Source: Myxococcales bacterium
Lineage (GTDB): Bacteria > Myxococcota_A > Polyangia > Polyangiales > JAFGIB01
DNA: 60,385 nucleotides
Assembly: GCA_028817855.1 (NCBI GenBank)
Contig: JAPPOT010000210.1
Span: forward strand, 1 to 60,385
Reading direction: 5' to 3'
Position numbers and translations under genes: made by a program. The notes under the pieces are model-generated. The model was not told the DNA's origin and ran no database searches. It saw only the letters and a program-made list of their open reading frames with translations. Each line of letters opens with the position of its first letter. Positions within the stretch are counted from its first letter, which is position 1. Of the stretch, positions 29,168 through 38,131 are shown piece after piece.

Positions 29168-29334
29168 AACCCATCTCAAAGAACGTCCTCGCGGCGCCTT
29201 CCGGGCGGGACGCCACCGCCCACCGCGTCGCCTCACGCTCAACAATCCCGGCGCATTGCCTCGGTTCGCCGACGCGCCGCTCGACACCGCCGCGCTCCAG
29301 AGTGCATCGACGGGAGGTTCTGGGACGGGCTCTG
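29165..29334. mobile_element. MITE-like element, family A copy 2 (inverted relative to copy 1)
   Basis: The body (29167-29332) aligns at roughly 85 percent identity to the reverse complement of 15260-15423. The left end GAACCCATCTCAAAG is preceded by TA, which forms the KTSC stop TAG. The right TIR is degenerate and followed by TG. Confidence 0.65.
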
Positions 29335-29466
29335 GCGATCCCAGAGGCCTCCTTGCGGGCAGGACTGTTCGGGGGAGATGTAGGTCGGCCTCTGGAGGGT
29401 CCCCACCGCCCGGAAGGGTGATGGCCGTGCGCGCGGCTTTCGCGTATTTTGAAGGGTTGGTGGTGC

Positions 29467-31242
29467 ATGACTGAGCAAGGCATCCGGGTCTCCGATGTGG
29501 CTGCCGCCCAGGGCGTGCTGCTGGTGGGCGCGGATCCGCTGCAGGACTCCCTCACCGCGGAGCTGCGCTCTGCGGGCATCTCGGTGCGGGCCTCGAGCGC
29601 CGCGGAGGCCGCCGACGCGGCGCGCAAGCATCCGCCCGCGCTGCTGGTACTCATCGGCAACGCCGCACGCTTTGGGGTGGTGGAGCTGTGCGACCAGCTG
29701 ATGGAGCTGCCCGGCCCGCCGGTCGAGGTGCTCGCCATCACGCGCCGGTCGCTGCCGCCCGAGGTCCGGCTCAGCCAGCGCACTGCCACGGTCGACCCGG
29801 AGCTGGGCGCGGCCCGCATCGCGCCGCTGGTGGCCGGGGTGCTGCAGTGGACGGATCCGCAGACCGGCGGCGGCAGGCCCCTGACCCTGGCGCGGCGCGT
29901 GGATGCGCTCAGCCACATTCTCGAGCACGAGCTAGAGGCGCAGCAGAGCGCGCCGCCCAAAACGCACAGGCTGGACAGCGGAACGGTCTCGAAGAATGAC
30001 GACGAGGTGACCGCCATCAGCGATGCGCCCACCGTGACCATGCCGAGGGTGGTCGAGCAGCCCGTGGTTGCATCGTCCTTCGATGGGCCGGGGGGCATCC
30101 TTGGCGTGGCCCCGCCCCAGGAGGAGGTGGTCGACTGGCAGCAGGATGGCGAGAGCACGCCCCCGCTGGGCTCGAGCTTCGACGAGGATGAGTCCACCCC
30201 CGCGGTCGGGCTGGCGGAGCTGTTGGAGGGGGCGGTGAAGGCGGCGGATGCGTCCGCGGAGCAGGAGAGCGATAGCGAGGACGCGTACGAGGACGAGGCC
30301 GAGGCCGAGGACGCGTACGAGGCCGAGGACGCGTACGAGGACGCGGGCGCCCACGAGGATGAGGACGAGGCTGCGCACGCGTACGCGCACGAGGCCGAGG
30401 CCGCGCACGAAGACGAGGCCGCGCACGAAGACGACAACGAGAATGAGGATGCACCGGAGAGGGCGGAGGAAGCCGTGGCGGCGTTGCCCCGCGACGAAAG
30501 CGTGCCCCCGCAGCGCAGCTCGCGCCGACCCTCGCTGCGACCCGCGCGGCCGGACTGGTGGGCGCGGGCGCTGGGTCTGGCGGCGCTGGTGGCCTGTGTC
30601 TTCCTGATCTGGCAGCAGCGCGCTCCCGACACACGGCAGCGGGTCGAGGACCACGCCGAGATGGTGCAGCTGGCGGAGCCGGCGGAGTCGGGGGAGACCG
30701 GTGCGGCGGCCGAGACCGGGGCCGAGACCGAGGCCCGCGCCGAGACCGAGGCCGAAGTCGAAGCCGAAGCCGAGACCGGCGGGGCCGAATCCGAGACCGG
30801 AGCCGAGCCCGAGGCCGAGGCCGACAACGACATGGAGATCGCGCTCGACGAGGAGCCCGCGGCGGCCGGCGGTGACGCGCGACCCGCCATGACCAGTCGG
30901 CATGCCCAGGCGGCGGCGCTGGTCGACCAGGGGCACTACTACCAGCGTCAGGGCAACTTCCGTATGGCCGCAAACCGCTACCGCGCGGCGCTCGAGCAGC
31001 TGCCCAACTACCGGCGTGCGCTGGTCGGGCTGGTTCGCTCGGGGTTGCACATGACGGACCGGGGCGAAGCCGTGAAATGGGCGGAGCGCCTAGTCCAGGC
31101 ATATCCGGTGGAGTCGCGTCACCACCTGCTGCTCGGCGATGCGCTCGCGCGCGCTGGCAATCGCGAGCGGGCCCAGGCCGCGTGGAAGGCCGCGGCCGAC
31201 TCCGGCAACGTGATCGCCAAGGCGCGGCTCCAAAAACCGTAG
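29467..31242 (+). CDS. membrane protein with receiver-like N-domain, acidic repeats, one TM helix and C-terminal TPR repeats
   Basis: N-terminus VLLVGADP...ALLVLIGN...VEVLAITRR resembles a CheY fold without the phospho-Asp. TM helix WWARALGLAALVACVFLIW. C-terminal TPR-like sequence (QGHYYQRQGNFRMAANRYRAALEQLPNY...). Confidence 0.65.
   Translation: MTEQGIRVSDVAAAQGVLLVGADPLQDSLTAELRSAGISVRASSAAEAADAARKHPPALLVLIGNAARFGVVELCDQLMELPGPPVEVLAITRRSLPPEVRLSQRTATVDPELGAARIAPLVAGVLQWTDPQTGGGRPLTLARRVDALSHILEHELEAQQSAPPKTHRLDSGTVSKNDDEVTAISDAPTVTMPRVVEQPVVASSFDGPGGILGVAPPQEEVVDWQQDGESTPPLGSSFDEDESTPAVGLAELLEGAVKAADASAEQESDSEDAYEDEAEAEDAYEAEDAYEDAGAHEDEDEAAHAYAHEAEAAHEDEAAHEDDNENEDAPERAEEAVAALPRDESVPPQRSSRRPSLRPARPDWWARALGLAALVACVFLIWQQRAPDTRQRVEDHAEMVQLAEPAESGETGAAAETGAETEARAETEAEVEAEAETGGAESETGAEPEAEADNDMEIALDEEPAAAGGDARPAMTSRHAQAAALVDQGHYYQRQGNFRMAANRYRAALEQLPNYRRALVGLVRSGLHMTDRGEAVKWAERLVQAYPVESRHHLLLGDALARAGNRERAQAAWKAAADSGNVIAKARLQKP
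30271..30450 (+). repeat. coding low-complexity tandem repeat (EDAYE / EAAHED units)
   Basis: Reiterated GAGGACGCGTACGAG and GAGGCCGCGCACGAAGAC units encoding SEDAYEDEAEAEDAYEAEDAYED...EAAHEDEAAHED. Confidence 0.5.
30686..30826 (+). repeat. coding low-complexity tandem repeat (ETGAE / AEAE units)
   Basis: Reiterated GCCGAGACC-type 9-mers encoding GETGAAAETGAETEARAETEAEVEAEAETGGAESETGAEPEAEA. Confidence 0.5.
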
Positions 31243-31257
31243 CCCCGAGCTCGGCCG

Positions 31258-31357
31258 GAACTTGCCCCTACCCCTACTCTGCCCTTGCCCTTGCCCGTGC
31301 GGGCGGGCAGGCCACGGTCAGTGAGGCGGGCAGGGGCAAGGGCAGGTTGAGGGGGAG
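31258..31357. repeat. G/C-tract palindromic element (P3), probable bidirectional terminator
   Basis: Begins GAACTTGCCCCTACCC. Arms CTGCCCTTGCCCTTGCCCG (31279-31297) and CGGGCAGGGGCAAGGGCAG (31327-31345) match 18 of 19. Lies between convergent stops at 31242 and 31358. Confidence 0.5.
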
Positions 31358-34300
31358 CTATACGGCGAGCAGGATGCCGGTGGCGGGCTGGCCGGTGGCT
31401 CGCTCGATCGCCTGCACGTAGAGCGCAACCTGGGCGGCGTAGCGTAGCTCGCTGCCCGGATCGGCGTCGGTCTTGAAGTCGATCACGATCCAGCGCGGTC
31501 CGTCCGCGCTCTGCTCCACGAAGGTGAGGTCGACCGTGCCCTCGATCACCTCGCCCCCTCGCTTGAGCATGAGCGCGGTTTCCACCCGGCAGTCCTTGCT
31601 CGCCCGCGCGCGAACCAGCAGCGCGTGCTCAAGGGCCGAGGCTGCTGCCTTCGCTGCGGCGGCGACCTCGGCGTCGGTGGCGCCGAGCAGCCGGCCATGC
31701 AGGGTGGCCAGCGCAGGCAGCTCCGCGTCCGGTGTCTCGAGCGCGTCGGCCAGCACGGCGTGGGTTAGCGTGCCGAAGCGCGCGCCGCCGGGGCGGCCGG
31801 ACGCCTCCATGGCATGCTCCGTCCGCTCGACCTCGACCGGCTCGATCGCGCTCTCCGCGCCCTCCGCGTCCGCCAGCTCGTCCGCCAGCGCCGTAACCGG
31901 GCGCGCCTGCAGCGTGGGCGCGCGGCCGCGAGCCAGCGCCTCGGTGCGAAAGCGCTGCCAGCGCGCGTGGCTCTCGTGCCCCGCCCGCTCCGCCTCGCCA
32001 TCCTCCGCCTCGGTCAGGAGCTCGTGCTGCCGCAGACCCCCCGCCGGAAGTCGGTCCAGGTCGAGATCGGCGGGATCCCACCAGGCAACCCGGTGGGTGC
32101 CCTCGCGCGGTGCGTGCACGCCGGGCTTCACCGACTCCTGGGGGTGGCGCTGCGCGCGAACCGGCGCCTCGAGCACGCTGTCGCCGCCGAAGCCCTCGTG
32201 TCCGGCCAGCGGCGTCGCGTCTCGCTCCCGTCCGGGGGTCGGATAGAGCGCCGGGTGCAACACGTCCACCCAGCCCGGGCGCGGCTGGTCGCCCACGCAC
32301 GGCACCACCAGGAGATCGCGCGCGCGCGTCGCCGCCACGTAGGCCACCCGCACCTCCTCGGCCTCCTCGCGCGCGAGCAGGCTCTCACGCTGCTGCGTGA
32401 GCTCCAGCGGCGCCGCACCGGCGAGCCGGCAGACGGACAGCCCGCGCGCCGGGTCGGTGTAGCGCGACGGCAGGCTGCGGGCGCGCGGCGTGGTGGGGTC
32501 GCACAGGATCACGACCGGAAACTCCAGGCCTTTGGCGCGGTGGACGGTCATGATGCGCACGCCCTCGGTGCCCTCCTCGATCACGGGCGCCTCGCCCGTC
32601 TCCCCGCGATCGGCCTCCTTCTCCAGCTGCTCCAGAAACGCGCGGAAGGAGGTCGCGCCGCGCGCCTCGAAGCGCCGCGCCTGGTCGGCCACGCGCAGCA
32701 CGTTGGCCAGCGCCTGCTCGCCGGTGGGCCAGATGGCGATCCCGGCGTGGGCGCGCGTCTCGGTCAGCAGTGCGTGGATCGTCTCGGCGATCGGCCGGCG
32801 GTTGCGCGCGAGGTGCAGCTGTCGCAGCAACGAAAGGGCGGTCGCCACTTCCCGGGTCGCCTCGTCGAGCTGCGCCTCGTCCAGCGGTCGCAGCGGGTGC
32901 AGGCGGCCGTGGTCGTGGCGCATCTGCAAGAGCGCATCGTCCGAGAGCGAGAGCAGCGGGCCGCGCAGGGCTGCGAAGACCGACAGCTCGTCGTCCGGCC
33001 GTTCGATCGCGACCAGTGCCGTGCGCAAGGCCTGGACCTCCTCGCGGGCGTGAAAGGAGCGCCCGCCCACGAGCACGTGGGGGATGCGCCGCGCCTCGAG
33101 CGCGCGCACGTAGCCGCGTGGGGTCTCCTCGCCGAAGTTTCGCAGCTGGCGGAAGAGCAGGCAGATGTGACGGGCCGCGATCGGGACCTCGGCACCGCCC
33201 TCCTCCACGGTGAAGCCGCTGCGATGGATCAGCGTGTCGACGAAGGCGCCGACCGCGTCCGCGCTGCTGTTCTGGATGGCCGCGTTCTGGAGGTTGCCCC
33301 ACTGGCTGTAGGGGCGCGGCACCGGCAGGGCGATCACGGCCGGCCGCGCGGTGGGCGCCTCGCGCACCGGCTCGAGCGGCTGGTAGTCGGCCTGGCTGCC
33401 GTCCTCGCTGCCCTGCATGAGCGGTGCGAAGGAGGCGTTGACCGCGCTCTGCAGCGCGGCGTTGGCGCGGTAGCTGCGCGTGAGCTCGACGACGCCCGCG
33501 CCGCCGGCCTGCAGCGCGTCCTTGATCCGCGCGTAGAGCGTCACGTCGGCGCGCCGGAACGCGTAGATCGACTGCTTCGGGTCCCCCACCAGGAAGAGCT
33601 TGCCGGGCGCCACGCGCGCCTGCTCCAGGTGATTCCAGATCGACTCGCCGGCGCCGAGCCCGACCTCGCCCTCGGTCGCGAGGGTGAGCAGGATCTCGGC
33701 CTGGAGCGGATCGGTGTCCTGGAACTCGTCCACGAAGATGTGGGCGAAGCGCGCGCGCAGCTCGTCGCGCACCTGCGGTTGCGCGCGCAGCAGGTCCCGC
33801 GCGCACAGCAGCAGGTCGAGGAAGTCGAGCACTCCGGCTTCGGCCTTGAGCTCGCCATAGGCGTGCACCACCGGTTGCAGCTCCTGCTGCAGCAGCGCGG
33901 CCAGGTCCCCTTCCAGGCGGAAGACCAGGTCCTCGAGCTGCGACCGTGCGCCCGCCCGCTCCTCCAGCACCTGTTCGCGCGGCAGGTCGGGTGCGAAGTT
34001 CTTGCCGCGTCCGCTGCGCGTCCAGATGCGCTTGCGCAGCACCGCCGACAGCTCGTGCTCCAGGCGGTCGTGGTCGCGCTCGGCGAAGGCCTCGGCGCCG
34101 CTCAGCTCCGCGAGCCAGCCGGCCAGCTCGCCGAGATCGCGCGCGAGGGGATCGCTGCGCGAGCTGGCGCGCGGCGCGTGGGCCGCGAGCCGCGCGAGGC
34201 GCTCGATCACCTCGTCGATCTCGGTCCGGCGGTCGAGGCCCGGGCGTGTCCAGGCGGCGGGAAAGTCGCGCTGTCCGCTCAGCGTGTGGGCGGCCGCGCG

Positions 34301-34837
34301 CAGCTGTTCGGTGGGGGAGCTGGTGCGCCCGGCCCGCCGCAACAGCCGTCGGACGCCCTCCGGCGGGTCCTCCAGGGCGGCTGAGAGGAAACGACCGAAG
34401 GCGCGCTCGAGCAGGGCGCGCTCCTGGTCCTCGGCGATCACCTCGAAGGCCGGATCGACCCGGGCCTGCAGCGGCCGCTCCCGCAGCAGGTCGGCGCAGA
34501 AACCGTGAATGGTGCCGATGCGCGCGGTCTCGAGCTCCGAAAGGGCGGTCTCGAAACGCGACCGGGCGTCCCCGTCGACGCTCTCGCGGTGGGCGCGCTC
34601 GAGCTCGCCGCGCAGCCGCAGCTTCATCTCGCCGGCGGCCTTCTCGGTGAAGGTGACCGCGACCATCTGCTCGAGGCGCGCGCGCCCGGCGCCGATGATC
34701 GCGAGCATGCGTCCGATCAGCGCCGTGGTCTTGCCGGTGCCCGCTGCCGCCTCCACCACCAGTGTCGCGTCCAGGTCCTCCGCGATCCGGGCCCGGGCCT
34801 CGGCGTCGCTGTTTGGCTCCCTCGCGCGGGCGCTCAT
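31358..34837 (-). CDS. addA: UvrD/Rep-type helicase with C-terminal PD-(D/E)XK nuclease (AddA-like)
   Basis: Walker A VVEAAAGTGKTT. Helicase motifs FVDEFQDTD and TVHRAKGLEF. C-terminal nuclease GTVDLTFVE...WIVIDFKTD. ATG 34837 overlaps the upstream stop (ATGA). Confidence 0.8.
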   Translation of the reverse strand: MSARAREPNSDAEARARIAEDLDATLVVEAAAGTGKTTALIGRMLAIIGAGRARLEQMVAVTFTEKAAGEMKLRLRGELERAHRESVDGDARSRFETALSELETARIGTIHGFCADLLRERPLQARVDPAFEVIAEDQERALLERAFGRFLSAALEDPPEGVRRLLRRAGRTSSPTEQLRAAAHTLSGQRDFPAAWTRPGLDRRTEIDEVIERLARLAAHAPRASSRSDPLARDLGELAGWLAELSGAEAFAERDHDRLEHELSAVLRKRIWTRSGRGKNFAPDLPREQVLEERAGARSQLEDLVFRLEGDLAALLQQELQPVVHAYGELKAEAGVLDFLDLLLCARDLLRAQPQVRDELRARFAHIFVDEFQDTDPLQAEILLTLATEGEVGLGAGESIWNHLEQARVAPGKLFLVGDPKQSIYAFRRADVTLYARIKDALQAGGAGVVELTRSYRANAALQSAVNASFAPLMQGSEDGSQADYQPLEPVREAPTARPAVIALPVPRPYSQWGNLQNAAIQNSSADAVGAFVDTLIHRSGFTVEEGGAEVPIAARHICLLFRQLRNFGEETPRGYVRALEARRIPHVLVGGRSFHAREEVQALRTALVAIERPDDELSVFAALRGPLLSLSDDALLQMRHDHGRLHPLRPLDEAQLDEATREVATALSLLRQLHLARNRRPIAETIHALLTETRAHAGIAIWPTGEQALANVLRVADQARRFEARGATSFRAFLEQLEKEADRGETGEAPVIEEGTEGVRIMTVHRAKGLEFPVVILCDPTTPRARSLPSRYTDPARGLSVCRLAGAAPLELTQQRESLLAREEAEEVRVAYVAATRARDLLVVPCVGDQPRPGWVDVLHPALYPTPGRERDATPLAGHEGFGGDSVLEAPVRAQRHPQESVKPGVHAPREGTHRVAWWDPADLDLDRLPAGGLRQHELLTEAEDGEAERAGHESHARWQRFRTEALARGRAPTLQARPVTALADELADAEGAESAIEPVEVERTEHAMEASGRPGGARFGTLTHAVLADALETPDAELPALATLHGRLLGATDAEVAAAAKAAASALEHALLVRARASKDCRVETALMLKRGGEVIEGTVDLTFVEQSADGPRWIVIDFKTDADPGSELRYAAQVALYVQAIERATGQPATGILLAV

Positions 34838-37800
34838 GGTTCCTCCCGGAGCCGGTGGAGGGTGTGGAGGCTGTCGCGGTCCTTGCGCTTGACGCGCAGC
34901 TCCTCGTAGGGACCGCACACGACGCGGTAGTCGCAGTGCTCGCAGGCGCCCTCGTCGGGCGCGGCGGGCAGGAAGCCGCGCTCGATCGCGGCGTCGATCA
35001 CTGCCAGGGCGCGGCCGGCCGCTGCGCGTGTGCGTTCATCGAGGACCACCGCGCGCTGCTCGAAGCCGCCGTCGGCGGTGCAATAGTAGAGCCGTCCGCC
35101 GTCGACCGTCTGTTCCTGTGGCATCAGCCGCTCGAGGGCGAGCGCGTAGAGCAGCGGCTGCAGCGTGCGCCCACCGTCGATCACGAGCCCGTCGGGGCCG
35201 ACCGCCTTGCCGGTCTTGTGATCGGTGGCACGCAGGTGCCCGTCCGCGCGCTCGACCACGTCGATGCTTCCGGACAGGCGCGTGCCGTCGGTCAGCACGG
35301 CCGGCTCCTTGGTGCTGTGCGGATCGCGGTCCTGTAGGCGCGTGTAGCCAAAGGCGAGCTCGAAGTGCACGGGCTGCATCGGGTCGCTCGCCATGCGCGA
35401 CAGCCAGCGCGAGAGGTCGCGCTGGATCGCGCTCACCGAGTCGTTCCAGACGCGCTGGATCGCCGGCGCCAGCTCGCGCTCGTAGCGGGCCGCGATGCGC
35501 TGGGCGCACTCCGACATGATGGCCAGCGCCTCCGCCAGCCCGAGCTCCGACAGCGGCAGCAACCCCCGGTCGCGCAGGGCGCTGAGCGTCTCGAACTGGA
35601 TGTCGTGGATCAGGGCACCGCGCTGGCGCGGATCGATCACCTCGATCGGTGCAGGCGCGCTACGCGGGCGCAGGCCGTGCAACCCGCGCAGCGCGAAGCG
35701 ATAGGGGCAGCTGGCGTAGGTCTCCAGCACCGTCGGCGAGTAGGCGCGCGCGCCCAGTCGTCGCTCCTCCAGGATGGCGCGGGCGCGCTCGCTCGGCTCA
35801 ACCAGCCCGTCGGCGGCGGTGAAGCGCTTGACGCTCCAGCGCCGCGCGCGGAAGCGCAGGGCGCGGGCCAGGTGCGGGTTGACCTCGAGCAGGTAGCGGG
35901 CCGCGCCGCGGGTCTCGCGGTCCTCACGACGCAGCATGTCGTGCAACAGCGAGAGGTCGTGCTCGGCCTCATCGATCGCCAGCTCGGGTTGGGACGGCGC
36001 CGGCCATCCGATGCGAGCTGATGCGGCGGCCTCGGCGCGCCGCATCAGCTCACCGTAGCCGGGCAGCTCGCCCTCCGCCGCCCGCAGCACCTCCAGGCCG
36101 TAGAACGAGGGCACGCGCGGTCGCCCGCGCTCCAGGTCGACGCGCGGGTAGCTCAGGATCACGCGCCGGTCGGCGGCGCCGACCGCGACGCGCAGCGCGA
36201 GGCGCTCCTGGGCGATACGCTCGGGATTCTGCTCGAGGTCGTCCGGCAGCGCGCCGCGGGCGGTGTCGAGCAGGACCGGGTCTTCCGAGACCTTCTGCGG
36301 AAAGATCTTCTCGGCAAGGCCGAGCACGCAGACGAGCGCAAAGCCCATGCCGCGCACGCGGTCGATCGAGCCGCACAGCACCTTGCCCGCGGCGTCGCCG
36401 CGCGGGGGCTCGCGCAGCTCTGACAACAGCGGCGTGAGCACGCGCAGCACCTCGTCGATGCCGACCGGCCCGAGCGCTCCCAGGGGCAGCAGCTGGGCGA
36501 GTGCCGCGCGCGCGCCCTCGGGCTGGGTGAGCGCGCGCGTGGCCAGCCCGTCGAGCGCCTGCAGCCACTCGCTCCAGGCCCCGCGCTCGGGCAGTGCGTC
36601 GACCGCGTGCAGCAGGGGCAGCGCCAAGCCGCGCAGCTGCTCGAGCGAGATCGGGCCGAGCTCGAGCGTGCGGGTGTCGCCCCCGTCGCGCTCCAGCTCC
36701 TCGACCTCGTGCGCCAGGCGGTGCTCGAGCGCCTCGAGCTGCCGCTGCCAGCGCGGCAGGCCACCGATCACGGCCGCGTCCTCGATCAGCCGCTCCCAGC
36801 GTCGCGCCGAGGCCCAAGCGAGCTTCTCGCGCTCGCCCGCAGGAGCCCGCGTTTCGCCCGCGTCCTCATCCATCGGCGCCGGGGTGACCGACAGCGAGAG
36901 GTACTCAGCGAAGGCCCGCGCGCTCAGGCCCTCGCGCTTGCAGTGCAGCAGTGAGAGCAACGCGCGGCCGGCAGCGTGCGGTCGCGTGCTGCCCTCGGTG
37001 AAGTGGGCAGGGATGCCCGCGCGGGCCAGCGCCTCGGCCAGCAGGTGGTGGTAGCCGCCCGATCCGCGCATCACCACCGCCATGCGATCGAAGGGCGTGC
37101 CGGACTGGGCCTCGAGCAGCAGTCGCCGCGCCACCTCGACGCACTCGCGCCCCTCCCCCGGAGCTGATAGCACGGTGACGGCGCCGCCCAGGGAACCGCG
37201 GGGCGCCGATGCCTCGAAGAGATTGGCCTGCAGCCGGCGCAGGGCGTCGTCCCACAGCGTGGGGCTGATCGGATCGCGCGCCAGCGGCAGGCTGTCTTCG
37301 AGCAACGCGAGCGTGCGGCTGTCCCCTGTGGGTGCGGTGAAGAGCGCGGAGCGCGCCTGGCCGAGCAAAGCGCGGGCGAGCGTGGCCTCGCGCGCCTGTC
37401 GCAGGGGGACGTCGAGCCAGAGGCACGGACGCCGCGCCTGGGGTCCTCGATCGACCACGGCTTCGGCGGCCAGCGCGAAGACGCCGCCGCGGTCGATCAA
37501 CCCGGCCGCCTCGAGCTCCTCCGCGTAGGCGCGCCGCACCGTCGCCAGGTCCGGGTCGTGTTGTGCCAGCGTCTCGGTCGAGGTTCCCGCCATGGAGAGC
37601 TCGTGCAGCGTGCGGCCGAGTGCGCGCGGCAGTCCCGGTCGATCGTGTACGGCTGCGAAGCGCCCGAGCGCGCGGCGGTGCTCGAGCTTCGCGAGCGCGC
37701 GCGCGATCAGCGCCTGCTCCGCGGTGACGTCTGCGGGCGCGTGTCCGTGCTCCGCCAGGGCAGGGATCGCCAGCTGCAGCGCCAGCTCCGGCAAGGTGGT

Positions 37801-37998
37801 GCGCTGCAGCCCGAAGCGGGCCTCGTCGTTGGCGACCAGTGGCTGACACAGGCGCGCGCCCGCCATCGCGCTGGGCACGACGACGAGGGCGCGCTCCCCC
37901 GGGCTGAGTGTCGCAAGCCACTCACGCGCGACGGCGAGGCGAGCGCTGGCGGCTGGCGAGCACAGCAGCGCATTCCCTGTCTTGCCCTTGCGCGCCAT
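34834..37998 (-). CDS. addB: PD-(D/E)XK nuclease family protein, AddB-like
   Basis: C-terminal nuclease GSIDVVERADGHLRATDHKTGK. Four-Cys iron-staple pattern (YASCPYRF ... CEHCDYRVVCGP). No intact Walker A. 1054 aa. Confidence 0.75.
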   Translation of the reverse strand: MARKGKTGNALLCSPAASARLAVAREWLATLSPGERALVVVPSAMAGARLCQPLVANDEARFGLQRTTLPELALQLAIPALAEHGHAPADVTAEQALIARALAKLEHRRALGRFAAVHDRPGLPRALGRTLHELSMAGTSTETLAQHDPDLATVRRAYAEELEAAGLIDRGGVFALAAEAVVDRGPQARRPCLWLDVPLRQAREATLARALLGQARSALFTAPTGDSRTLALLEDSLPLARDPISPTLWDDALRRLQANLFEASAPRGSLGGAVTVLSAPGEGRECVEVARRLLLEAQSGTPFDRMAVVMRGSGGYHHLLAEALARAGIPAHFTEGSTRPHAAGRALLSLLHCKREGLSARAFAEYLSLSVTPAPMDEDAGETRAPAGEREKLAWASARRWERLIEDAAVIGGLPRWQRQLEALEHRLAHEVEELERDGGDTRTLELGPISLEQLRGLALPLLHAVDALPERGAWSEWLQALDGLATRALTQPEGARAALAQLLPLGALGPVGIDEVLRVLTPLLSELREPPRGDAAGKVLCGSIDRVRGMGFALVCVLGLAEKIFPQKVSEDPVLLDTARGALPDDLEQNPERIAQERLALRVAVGAADRRVILSYPRVDLERGRPRVPSFYGLEVLRAAEGELPGYGELMRRAEAAASARIGWPAPSQPELAIDEAEHDLSLLHDMLRREDRETRGAARYLLEVNPHLARALRFRARRWSVKRFTAADGLVEPSERARAILEERRLGARAYSPTVLETYASCPYRFALRGLHGLRPRSAPAPIEVIDPRQRGALIHDIQFETLSALRDRGLLPLSELGLAEALAIMSECAQRIAARYERELAPAIQRVWNDSVSAIQRDLSRWLSRMASDPMQPVHFELAFGYTRLQDRDPHSTKEPAVLTDGTRLSGSIDVVERADGHLRATDHKTGKAVGPDGLVIDGGRTLQPLLYALALERLMPQEQTVDGGRLYYCTADGGFEQRAVVLDERTRAAAGRALAVIDAAIERGFLPAAPDEGACEHCDYRVVCGPYEELRVKRKDRDSLHTLHRLREEP

Positions 37999-38131
37999 GG
38001 CTGCGGGAGCCTACCCCGGTCGGGCGCGCGCGTCTGCCATCGGGTGTGTGCCTGTAGGTTCCACGCTCAAGTGACACTCCCGCGGCCAGCGCGTACGCTA
38101 GTGGACACGCAACTCGAGACAGGGGCGTGCG

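Noticed and set aside
31358-37998. UvrD-like helicase plus nuclease pair as a candidate anti-phage defence system
   Set aside because: The domain order, iron-staple Cys pattern and sizes fit AddAB repair enzymes. I see no companion defence genes or mobile-island signatures.
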